Assembly (NCBI GenBank): GCA_044892525.1
Contig: CM097885.1
Span: 13,518,001 to 13,582,000 of the forward strand
DNA from: Schmidtea polychroa
Lineage: Eukaryota
DNA length: 64,000 nt
Direction: 5' to 3'
The notes under the pieces were generated by a model, which did not search any database, was not told the origin of the DNA, and was given only the letters and a program-made list of their open reading frames with translations. This document shows, in pieces, positions 14,177-25,976 of this stretch (positions are counted from its first letter, which is position 1; every line of letters starts with the position of its first letter). The position numbers and the translations under genes were made by a program.

Positions 14177-15177
14177 TGAATCACATATGGGCTCATCTTT
14201 TATTGGACATTTTCTTTTTTTCTTGTAATGTAATAGAAATTGATTTAAATTAATTTCCGTCGAATCCAGAATTCCATTGTTTCTTGTTTCTTGTGCCCAG
14301 AACACCAAGTCATAAAGATAGTCTGGGTACAGTTGTACCATCTTATTAATGAGAGCTTGGTACATTCTTTCTAAAATAAATTTCAAATTAAAAATGAAAC
14401 TTACTATCAATTGATTGTGATAAATTCATCCATTTGTTTGTTTATTTATTTACTTATACATTAACTTTTTTTATTTTCCGAGGACGAAAAAAACAGGGGT
14501 CCGTTCACATAATTTATTTAATCCAATTGATTGAGCTCACCCTCATCCTCCGATTCCTCCGACACTCCTACCTTCATCCGAAACATTATAAAATCCGCTT
14601 CATGTTGAAATAGTAAAATCTCCATGCGATCCAACCGCTTTCTCAGATGGAAGTTTTCTTCCTCGAAATCCGTTATCCTACCATGCATACTTCGAAACTT
14701 CCGCTTCAATTCTTGTTTATTCGTTTTGCATTCTTTACATGACATTTCCGAGGCTTCTTGCATTTTCTGAAATTAAATGATCAAGCATCAACACCTTGCC
14801 TTGAATCCTATCAAACAAATCGCACAGCTCATACTATGATACTTATAAAACATGAACTTTGTCTATATAATGCAATATATTTATACATTATTTATAGCAT
14901 GCAGATCACAAATTTATAGTCTTTCGATGGTGTAAGCTAATTCTTGTTTATTTCTTGAGATTCTCCAATTTCCGCAGCATACACATTGTGAATCACATAT
15001 GGGCTCATCTTTTATTGGACATTTTTTCTTGTAATGTAATAGAAATTGATTTAAATTAATTCACGTCGCATCCAGAATTCTATTGTTTATTGTTTCTTGT
15101 GCCCAGAACACCAAGTCATAAAGATAGTCTGGGTACAGTTGTACCATCTTATTAATTAGAGCTTGGTACATTCTTTT
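14177..15177. repeat. ~190-bp direct repeat pair (about 14177-14368 and 14989-15177)
   Basis: gtgaatcacatatgggctcatcttttattggac...gagcttggtacattcttt occurs twice with few differences. Confidence 0.85.
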
Positions 15178-15724
15178 TGACATAACATTTGATAATGAAA
15201 TAAATAAATAATGTACTTGTATTTGATGGAAGCTTCAATTTTATTGGCATTTAAAAATTGTCAATCTAAACTAATTTTGCTAAATCTTTTCCCTCCTCGT
15301 TTATCTATGGGTTCTCCTTTGAGTCTGGGACATTTCTCGTTTAAATTTCGCTAATGTTGTGTTGAGTGTCCAGATTATGTATGTGATTAAAAAAATCAGA
15401 TTAATTAAAATTTACCTACTTTCCCGACTACAGTGAGTATGGTACGATATGCTCGCTTGTGATTTGAAGCCACATAAATATCCCATAATTGATTCGTCCG
15501 CATAGCCCCTGTAACTATGCCGACTACCGAGATGGATTTACGTGCCCTACTCCTGGTTGAACACCATTTGTTCGTGGTGACCTCTGGTAGTTAATATCAT
15601 TTTACTGCATGTAGGATCGTAAAACCCTAATCATTGTGAGATGTGCAATCAAGCTTGGATGCAGGAATGGTTAACGTCACGTGCAATGTTATGCTCACGA
15701 CGACTTTAATCACTCTTTAATCAC

Positions 15725-15762
<38 letters not shown>

Positions 15763-16070
15763 TACAAAAATATTATTTAAATTAACATTCATGATTGCAG
15801 TTAGCAACCATGAATGCTAACAAAGACATCATGTGTTTAATGCGTGATCAGCGCATAAAGACAATGATTAATGACAAAGACAGTGCATGATCAGTGCATG
15901 TCACATAAAGAAACATAATGAAATTAAAATTCCTATAGAAAAAAGATTTAAAATTATCTAAACCTAAAGGATTGGCATTTAATTCCTCCCCAGATAAAAA
16001 TTTATTTAATTTTAAGTATTTATTCTTTGATTCCTTAATTTTAGTTAAAGGAATCAAATTTGGAAACTTA

Positions 16071-16589
16071 TTATAGAGCTGTTTTCGCTCTTTTTTTAGT
16101 TAAAATACGAATATAAGTTTTAAAATCAAATATTTTATTACTTATTTTCGGTTTGGAAATAAAAACTTTAGGATTTAAAGAACTTTTATTATCGTCTGTG
16201 CTCTCCTCAGGTCTCCCCGATTCCCGCAATGACTCCACCAATGCGATGAACGCTGCCTTCTTTAGCTGTCCCCTAATGGACTCGGCTGTTCGACCCTGAC
16301 CGTGAACTTGTGACAATACCTTCGGATCCCGACCATTCACCACTACTTCCCTCACTAGGATCTGAATTTCTTCCTCTAGCCACCTTCTCGTCACCACCCT
16401 TTCACCCCGCTCTTTCTCCAAAAGAGCATCTGTCTTCTCCCTGTGGGCACTCCTCTGGTGCACGCCTCTGCCAAAATTTGTAGCGAAATCCTTCTCACAA
16501 AAATTGCATTTGAACTTCTCAACTTCGGCCGTGAAATCCCGGACCGCACCATTCACCGATAAATTATTATTTATTGTGTTGATTTCCAT
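16071..16589 (-). CDS. Chimeric 172-aa ORF: R2 C2H2+Myb fused in frame to an ORF1 fragment of the tRNA-targeting element (4 copies: +2229, +4458, +6689)
   Basis: ATG at 16589 (MEINT...); junction RPEES(T/I)DD|NKSSLNPKVFISKPKISNK at ~16192; expression unknown. Confidence 0.55.
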   Translation of the reverse strand: MEINTINNNLSVNGAVRDFTAEVEKFKCNFCEKDFATNFGRGVHQRSAHREKTDALLEKERGERVVTRRWLEEEIQILVREVVVNGRDPKVLSQVHGQGRTAESIRGQLKKAAFIALVESLRESGRPEESTDDNKSSLNPKVFISKPKISNKIFDFKTYIRILTKKRAKTAL

Positions 16590-16977
16590 GGTGTATTTAG
16601 GCGACGACGGTTTTGTGGACCGAAGTGCCCGTTGATAGCTTCCCAGAAGCACTTGCCGAGGTGAGACATTCCTCTGCTTAACTTTGTTATCGATCTGTCC
16701 CTGACCGCTCCAGATAGGAGTTGCCTCCTTTTGGCTCTATAGGTTACCCTACAGTTTCCCTAAGCTTCCAGCCGTTCGAAAAGAATACATTTGGTTGTCA
16801 CTCTTGGAGGAGTGGGTAACAGGAGTAACCACGAGAAGGTAGTATTTCTTTTCTTTCACCTCGCGCAGAAGAGATCTTCTGCCAGGGACGCTAGCCTGCT
16901 GCACCTTGGCCATCCTTCACAGGACGGACTGATCAAGGGCATTGGAACCAGATTACCATGACCACGATTAAGAGAGT
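16193..16977 (-). mobile_element. 5' fragment of an R2 retrotransposon (copy 1; others 18422-19206, 20651-21435, 22882-23666)
   Basis: GC-rich block. Starts with ACTCTCTTAA (28S sequence directly 5' of the canonical R2 site), then an HDV-like ribozyme core, then C2H2 finger CNFCEKDFAT..GRGVHQRSAH and Myb-like RWLEEE..GRTAESIRG. Confidence 0.85.
16778..16853 (-). ncRNA. HDV-like ribozyme core of the R2 5' UTR (also 19007-19082, 21236-21311, 23467-23542)
   Basis: Minus strand: P2 GAAAAGAAATAC, P3 ACC, L3 TTCTCGT, P3' GGT, P1' TACTCCT (complementary to 28S GGGAGTA with G-U at +1), P4 GTT..CACTC/GAGTG..AAC, J4/2 CAAAT, P2' GTATTCTTTTC. Folded by eye. Confidence 0.75.
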
Positions 16978-19900
16978 GCAATCAAGCTTGGATGCAGGAA
17001 TGGTTAACGTCGCGTGCAATGTTATGCTCACGACGACTTTAATCACTCTTGCATAATCATAAATAAATATCAAAGACAAAAAATTTGGTTATGCATCTAA
17101 AATATTGAATTTAAGAATCATACTAACAATAACAATAAATAAAAATATTGAATTGAAGAATCATAATAACAATAACATTACATCATAAACAATGATAATA
17201 ATGAAACTAATGATCAAATCCTACTTCCAATTACAAATTCTTCTGTGGACAGAGAAGAATAAAAATTTGGCACTGTTTGAATACCATTGGAAGCTTTTTT
17301 TTCCTTTTGTTTGATACATTTATAATTGTACACATTCATCTTAAAGACCTTATTTATACTAAATTGCGCACATGTTCAACCAATCAAATTTGCATAAACT
17401 AAAAAGTTCATTAAATTAAACTTATAAACAAAATAAAATTTTATCTAATTAAATAAAATTACATAAATAAAATGTTAAGAACAATAAATGATAATCTAAA
17501 ATAATTTATTATTATCACACCACCATCTATTTTTATTATTAAGATTTGTAGAATTATTATTTGTACTATTGTTTGTATAAGTTTTATTATTAACATGGTT
17601 CTTGGCCATAATTCTATTTAGCAACATATTTTTATTCAAAATAAACTGGTTTAGGTGTGCATAGTGTTCGGTGTAAAAAACTGAATTTTTTAATTTCTGG
17701 GCAGTTTCGCATTTAGCGCATATAAAAAAGCGGGTGCCGTAGAATTTACGACCATAGTACTTTTCCAATTATTTATGACATGCCAAGCTATGACCAATCG
17801 TCGACTGACAGTACTTCTTATACAGTTTGCTTGATAAAATATATATATATATAAATTATAGCATCATGTATCATCCATAATCATCTTAAATATTATCATT
17901 ATATTATTATTTAATTCATTTAAAAATTATTGATAAATGAATTAAATATTAAATTAAATTAAAAATTATTATTATTATTATTATTATTTACAAAAATATT
18001 ATTATTTAAATTAACATTCATGATTGCAGTTAGCAACCATGAATGCTAACAAAGACATCATGTGTTTAATGCGTGATCAGCGCATAAAGACAATGATTAA
18101 TGACAAAGACAGTGCATGATCAGTGCATGTCACATAAAGAAACATAATGAAATTAAAATTCCTATAGAAAAAAGATTTAAAATTATCTAAACCTAAAGGA
18201 TTGGCATTTAATTCCTCCCCAGATAAAAATTTATTTAATTTTAAGTATTTATTCTTTGATTCCTTAATTTTAGTTAAAGGAATCAAATTTGGAAACTTAT
18301 TATAGAGCTGTTTTCGCTCTTTTTTTAGTTAAAATACGAATATAAGTTTTAAAATCAAATATTTTATTACTTATTTTCGGTTTGGAAATAAAAACTTTAG
18401 GATTTAAAGAACTTTTATTATCGTCTATGCTCTCCTCAGGTCTCCCCGATTCCCGCAATGACTCCACCAATGCGATGAACGCTGCCTTCTTTAGCTGTCC
18501 CCTAATGGACTCGGCTGTTCGACCCTGACCGTGAACTTGTGACAATACCTTCGGATCCCGACCATTCACCACTACTTCCCTCACTAGGATCTGAATTTCT
18601 TCCTCTAGCCACCTTCTCGTCACCACCCTTTCACCCCGCTCTTTCTCCAAAAGAGCATCTGTCTTCTCCCTGTGGGCACTCCTCTGGTGCACGCCTCTGC
18701 CAATTTTTGTAGCGAAATCCTTCTCACAAAAATTGCATTTGAACTTCTCAACTTCGGCCGTGAAATCCCGGACCGCACCATTCACCGATAAATTATTATT
18801 TATTGTGTTGATTTCCATGGTGTATTTAGGCGACGACGGTTTTGTGGACCGAAGTGCCCGTTGATAGCTTCCCAGAAGCACTTGCCGAGGTGAGACATTC
18901 CTCTGCTTAACTTTGTTATCGATCTGTCCCTGACCGCTCCAGATAGGAGTTGCCTCCTTTTGGCTCTATAGGTTACCCTACAGTTTCCCTAAGCTTCCAG
19001 CCGTTCGAAAAGAATACATTTGGTTGTCACTCTTGGAGGAGTGGGTAACAGGAGTAACCACGAGAAGGTAGTATTTCTTTTCTTTCACCTCGCGCAGAAG
19101 AGATCTTCTGCCAGGGACGCTAGCCTGCTGCACCTTGGCCATCCTTCACAGGACGGACTGATCAAGGGCATTGGAACCAGATTACCATGACCACGATTAA
19201 GAGAGTGCAATCAAGCTTGGATGCAGGAATGGTTAACGTCGCGTGCAATGTTATGCTCACGACGACTTTAATCACTCTTGCATAATCATAAATAAATATC
19301 AAAGACAAAAAATTTGGTTATGCATCTAAAATATTGAATTTAAGAATCATACTAACAATAACAATAAATAAAAATATTGAATTGAAGAATCATAATAACA
19401 ATAACATTACATCATAAACAATGATAATAATGAAACTAATGATCAAATCCTACTTCCAATTACAAATTCTTCTGTGGACAGAGAAGAATAAAAATTTGGC
19501 ACTGTTTGAATACCATTGGAAGCTTTTTTTTCCTTTTGTTTGATACATTTATAATTGTACACATTCATCTTAAAGACCTTATTTATACTAAATTGCGCAC
19601 ATGTTCAACCAATCAAATTTGCATAAACTAAAAAGTTCATTAAATTAAACTTATAAACAAAATAAAATTTTATCTAATTAAATAAAATTACATAAATAAA
19701 ATGTTAAGAACAATAAATGATAATCTAAAATAATTTATTATTATCACACCACCATCTATTTTTATTATTAAGATTTGTAGAATTATTATTTGTACTATTG
19801 TTTGTATAAGTTTTATTATTAACATGGTTCTTGGCCATAATTCTATTTAGCAACATATTTTTATTCAAAATAAACTGGTTTAGGTGTGCATAGTGTTCGG

Positions 19901-22900
19901 TGTAAAAAACTGAATTTTTTAATTTCTGGGCAGTTTCGCATTTAGCGCATATAAAAAAGCGGGTGCCGTAGAATTTACGACCATAGTACTTTTCCAATTA
20001 TTTATGACATGCCAAGCTATGACCAATCGTCGACTGACAGTACTTCTTATACAGTTTGCTTGATAAAATATATATATATATAAATTATAGCATCATGTAT
20101 CATCCATAATCATCTTAAATATTATCATTATATTATTATTTAATTCATTTAAAAATTATTGATAAATGAATTAAATATTAAATTAAATTAAAAATTATTA
20201 TTATTATTATTATTATTTACAAAAATATTATTATTTAAATTAACATTCATGATTGCAGTTAGCAACCATGAATGCTAACAAAGACATCATGTGTTTAATG
20301 CGTGATCAGCGCATAAAGACAATGATTAATGACAAAGACAGTGCATGATCAGTGCATGTCACATAAAGAAACATAATGAAATTAAAATTCCTATAGAAAA
20401 AAGATTTAAAATTATCTAAACCTAAAGGATTGGCATTTAATTCCTCCCCAGATAAAAATTTATTTAATTTTAAGTATTTATTCTTTGATTCCTTAATTTT
20501 AGTTAAAGGAATCAAATTTGGAAACTTATTATAGAGCTGTTTTCGCTCTTTTTTTAGTTAAAATACGAATATAAGTTTTAAAATCAAATATTTTATTACT
20601 TATTTTCGGTTTGGAAATAAAAACTTTAGGATTTAAAGAACTTTTATTATCGTCTATGCTCTCCTCAGGTCTCCCCGATTCCCGCAATGACTCCACCAAT
20701 GCGATGAACGCTGCCTTCTTTAGCTGTCCCCTAATGGACTCGGCTGTTCGACCCTGACCGTGAACTTGTGACAATACCTTCGGATCCCGACCATTCACCA
20801 CTACTTCCCTCACTAGGATCTGAATTTCTTCCTCTAGCCACCTTCTCGTCACCACCCTTTCACCCCGCTCTTTCTCCAAAAGAGCATCTGTCTTCTCCCT
20901 GTGGGCACTCCTCTGGTGCACGCCTCTGCCAATTTTTGTAGCGAAATCCTTCTCACAAAAATTGCATTTGAACTTCTCAACTTCGGCCGTGAAATCCCGG
21001 ACCGCACCATTCACCGATAAATTATTATTTATTGTGTTGATTTCCATGGTGTATTTAGGCGACGACGGTTTTGTGGACCGAAGTGCCCGTTGATAGCTTC
21101 CCAGAAGCACTTGCCGAGGTGAGACATTCCTCTGCTTAACTTTGTTATCGATCTGTCCCTGACCGCTCCAGATAGGAGTTGCCTCCTTTTGGCTCTATAG
21201 GTTACCCTACAGTTTCCCTAAGCTTCCAGCCGTTCGAAAAGAATACATTTGGTTGTCACTCTTGGAGGAGTGGGTAACAGGAGTAACCACGAGAAGGTAG
21301 TATTTCTTTTCTTTCACCTCGCGCAGAAGAGATCTTCTGCCAGGGACGCTAGCCTGCTGCACCTTGGCCATCCTTCACAGGACGGACTGATCAAGGGCAT
21401 TGGAACCAGATTACCATGACCACGATTAAGAGAGTGCAATCAAGCTTGGATGCAGGAATGGTTAACGTCGCGTGTAATGTTATGCTCACGACGACTTTAA
21501 TCACTCTTGCATAATCATAAATAAATATCAAAGACAAAAAATTTGGTTATGCATCTAAAATATTGAATTTAAGAATCATACTAACAATAACAATAAATAA
21601 AAATATTGAATTGAAGAATCATAATAACAATAACATTACATCATAAACAATGATAATAATGAAACTAATGATCAAATCCTACTTCCAATTACAAATTCTT
21701 CTGTGGACAGAGAAGAATAAAAATTTGGCACTGTTTGAATACCATTGGAAGCTTTTTTTTCCTTTTGTTTGATACATTTATAATTGTACACATTCATCTT
21801 AAAGACCTTATTTATACTAAATTGCGCACATGTTCAACCAATCAAATTTGCATAAACTAAAAAGTTCATTAAATTAAACTTATAAACAAAATAAAATTTT
21901 ATCTAATTAAATAAAATTACATAAATAAAATGTTAAGAACAATAAATGATAATCTAAAATAATTTATTATTATCACACCACCATCTATTTTTATTATTAA
22001 GATTTGTAGAATTATTATTTGTACTATTGTTTGTATAAGTTTTATTATTAACATGGTTCTTGGCCATAATTCTATTTAGCAACATATTTTTATTCAAAAT
22101 AAACTGGTTTAGGTGTGCATAGTGTTCGGTGTAAAAAACTGAATTTTTTAATTTCTGGGCAGTTTCGCATTTAGCGCATATAAAAAAGCGGGTGCCGTAG
22201 AATTTACGACCATAGTACTTTTCCAATTATTTATGACATGCCAAGCTATGACCAATCGTCGACTGACAGTACTTCTTATACAGTTTGCTTGATAAAATAT
22301 ATATATATATATAAATTATAGCATCATGTATCATCCATAATCATCTTAAATATTATCATTATATTATTATTTAATTCATTTAAAAATTATTGATAAATGA
22401 ATTAAATATTAAATTAAATTAAAAATTATTATTATTATTATTATTATTTACAAAAATATTATTATTTAAATTAACATTCATGATTGCAGTTAGCAACCAT
22501 GAATGCTAACAAAGACATCATGTGTTTAATGCGTGATCAGCGCATAAAGACAATGATTAATGACAAAGACAGTGCATGATCAGTGCATGTCTCATAAAGA
22601 AACATAATGAAATTAAAATTCCTATAGAAAAAAGATTTAAAATTATCTAAACCTAAAGGATTGGCATTTAATTCCTCCCCAGATAAAAATTTATTTAATT
22701 TTAAGTATTTATTCTTTGATTCCTTAATTTTAGTTAAAGGAATCAAATTTGGAAACTTATTATAGAGCTGTTTTCGCTCTTTTTTTAGTTAAAATACGAA
22801 TATAAGTTTTAAAATCAAATATTTTATTACTTATTTTCGGTTTGGAAATAAAAACTTTAGGATTTAAAGAACTTTTATTATCGTCTATGCTCTCCTCAGG

Positions 22901-24840
22901 TCTCCCCGATTCCCGCAATGACTCCACCAATGCGATGAACGCTGCCTTCTTTAGCTGTCCCCTAATGGACTCGGCTGTTCGACCCTGACCGTGAACTTGT
23001 GACAATACCTTCGGATCCCGACCATTCACCACTACTTCCCTCACTAGGATCTGAATTTCTTCCTCTAGCCACCTTCTCGTCACCACCCTTTCACCCCGCT
23101 CTTTCTCCAAAAGAGCATCTGTCTTCTCCCTGTGGGCACTCCTCTGGTGCACGCCTCTGCCAATTTTTGTAGCGAAATCCTTCTCACAAAAATTGCATTT
23201 GAACTTCTCAACTTCGGCCGTGAAATCCCGGACCGCACCATTCACCGATAAATTATTATTTATTGTGTTGATTTCCATGGTGTATTTAGGCGACGACGGT
23301 TTTGTGGACCGAAGTGCCCGTTGATAGCTTCCCAGAAGCACTTGCCGAGGTGAGACATTCCTCTGCTTAACTTTGTTATCGATCTGTCCCTGACCGCTCC
23401 AGATAGGAGTTGCCTCCTTTTGGCTCTATAGGTTACCCTACAGTTTCCCTAAGCTTCCAGCCGTTCGAAAAGAATACATTTGGTTGTCACTCTTGGAGGA
23501 GTGGGTAACAGGAGTAACCACGAGAAGGTAGTATTTCTTTTCTTTCACCTCGCGCAGAAGAGATCTTCTGCCAGGGACGCTAGCCTGCTGCACCTTGGCC
23601 ATCCTTCACAGGACGGACTGATCAAGGGCATTGGAACCAGATTACCATGACCACGATTAAGAGAGTGCAATCAAGCTTGGATGCAGGAATGGTTAACGTC
23701 GCGTGTAATGTTATGCTCACGACGACTTTAATCACTCTTGCATAATCATAAATAAATATCAAAGACAAAAAATTTGGTTATGCATCTAAAATATTGAATT
23801 TAAGAATCATACTAACAATAACAATAAATAAAAATATTGAATTGAAGAATCATAATAACAATAACATTACATCATAAACAATGATAATAATGAAACTAAT
23901 GATCAAATCCTACTTCCAATTACAAATTCTTCTGTGGACAGAGAAGAATAAAAATTTGGCACTGTTTGAATACCATTGGAAGCTTTTTTTTCCTTTTGTT
24001 TGATACATTTATAATTGTACACATTCATCTTAAAGACCTTATTTATACTAAATTGCGCACATGTTCAACCAATCAAATTTGCATAAACTAAAAAGTTCAT
24101 TAAATTAAACTTATAAACAAAATAAAATTTTATCTAATTAAATAAAATTACATAAATAAAATGTTAAGAACAATAAATGATAATCTAAAATAATTTATTA
24201 TTATCACACCACCATCTATTTTTATTATTAAGATTTGTAGAATTATTATTTGTACTATTGTTTGTATAAGTTTTATTATTAACATGGTTCTTGGCCATAA
24301 TTCTATTTAGCAACATATTTTTATTCAAAATAAACTGGTTTAGGTGTGCATAGTGTTCGGTGTAAAAAACTGAATTTTTTAATTTCTGGGCAGTTTCGCA
24401 TTTAGCGCATATAAAAAAGCGGGTGCCGTAGAATTTACGACCATAGTACTTTTCCAATTATTTATGACATGCCAAGCTATGACCAATCGTCGACTGACAG
24501 TACTTCTTATACAGTTTGCTTGATAAAATATATATATATATATAAATTATAGCATCATGTATCATCCATAATCATCTTAAATATTATCATTATATTATTA
24601 TTTAATTCATTTAAAAATTATTGATAAATGAATTAAATATTAAATTAAATTAAAAATTATTATTATTATTATTATTATTTACAAAAATATTATTATTTAA
24701 ATTAACATTCATGATTGCAGTTAGCAACCATGAATGCTAACAAAGACATCATGTGTTTAATGCGTGATCAGCGCATAAAGACAATGATTAATGACAAAGA
24801 CAGTGCATGATCAGTGCATGTCTCATAAAGAAACATAATG

Positions 24841-25689
24841 AAATTAAAATTCCTATAGAAAAAAGATTTAAAATTATCTAAACCTAAAGGATTGGCATTT
24901 AATTCCTCCCCAGATAAAAATTTATTTAATTTTAAGTATTTATTCTTTGATTCCTTAATTTTAGTTAAAGGAATCAAATTTGGAAACTTATTATAGAGCT
25001 GTTTTCGCTCTTTTTTTTAGTTAAAATACGAATATAAGTTTTAAAATCAAATATTTTATTACTTATTTTCGGTTTGGAAATAAAAACTTTAGGATTTACA
25101 GAACTTTTATTATTGTTTATTGAAATTTTAAAATTTTCGAAATTTTGACTATCGATATTAAAATCGTTATTAACATTAATATTGAGAATTTTATCACAAG
25201 TCGAATTATTAACATTACAATTATCTATATTTACAATTTCATTAGCTTTAGAATTTTTATTTAAAGAAAATTTATCAAAATTATTTAAATTATTAGAGAA
25301 ATTTTCAAAATTTAAAGATAAACATTCTAACCGTTCGAACATCTTTGAAAATAAAATCTCCATTGAATCCAAACGTTTCTCGAAATTCTGAAACTGATTG
25401 TCTGGCTTGTTTGGAAGGACATTGTTCATCGAATGATTCTCCATGGAAGTCATATTAATTCCAGCTTTGAATTGATCGAAAAAGTCCAAAATAGCTTGAG
25501 TTGATTGCAATTGATATTGGAATAATTTCTGAAATTTCTTCATACCAATTGCATTATTACACAATACATCTGCAGTCATTAATTGAACTTCAGTGTGCAT
25601 ATCTTGTTGATGCATTGCGTCAGGCGATGGCGTCATCTTGTTCATTTGATATTCTTGATAGATTTCATATGATTGCTTTAGAAATTGCT
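24841..25689 (-). mobile_element. 5' portion of tRNA-targeting element (frameshifted ORF1 N-terminus), joined to tRNA-Arg nt 1-19 (25690-25708)
   Basis: 249-aa and 69-aa ORFs homologous to ORF1; junction gaaattgct|tccattgcgccactgagac. Confidence 0.92.
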
Positions 25690-25896
25690 TCCATTGCGCC
25701 ACTGAGACTCTAAAGAAATCCACTCACTTCACTTTATCTACATTGGCATTTAAAAAATTGTCAATTTGACTCTTGTCAAGTCAAAACAAATTTCTCATGC
25801 TTTTGATATTCTTGATAGATTTCGTATGATTGCATTAGAAATTGCTTTGACGATTTTTCGTTGTTGAAAACAAAATTTTGTCAAAGACAATTCTGT

Positions 25897-25901
25897 AAAA
25901 A
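25897..25901 (-). terminator. Pol III oligo-T terminator (TTTTT) 2 nt after each tRNA
   Basis: Minus strand ...CTGAGATG CA TTTTT ACAG, repeated through the array. Confidence 0.85.
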
Positions 25902-25903
25902 TG

Positions 25904-25976
25904 CATCTCAGGTGGGACTCGAACCCACAACCTCCGGATTAGAAGTCCGACGCGCTATCCATTGCGCCACTGAGAC
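25904..25976 (-). tRNA. tRNA-Arg-TCT: tRNA-Arg(UCU), intronless, 73 nt; representative copy
   Basis: GTCTCAGTGGCGCAATGGATAGCGCGTCGGACTTCTAATCCGGAGGTTGTGGGTTCGAGTCCCACCTGAGATG. Acceptor GTCTCAG/CTGAGAT, anticodon arm TCGGA-CTTCTAA-TCCGG, A and B boxes intact. Confidence 0.97.

Larger units (their letters stand above)
15760..25112. repeat. Tandem repeat of ~2.23-kb unit (periods 2229, 2229, 2231, 2231), 4 full units plus a partial fifth
   Basis: Near-identical ORF sets at 15848/18077/20306/22537/24768 and 16071/18300/20529/22760; length differences come from a (TA)n tract. Confidence 0.97.

Noticed and set aside
14168..14763. 80-aa and 81-aa minus-strand ORFs as real genes
   Set aside because: They look partly coding (coiled-coil, acidic tail) but I recognise no family and one is partly duplicated and broken nearby; they need a homology search.
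17496..17768. 90-aa repeated ORF with a CxxC motif
   Set aside because: Non-ATG start, low-complexity Asn tail, no recognisable family; identical copies simply reflect the tandem repeat.
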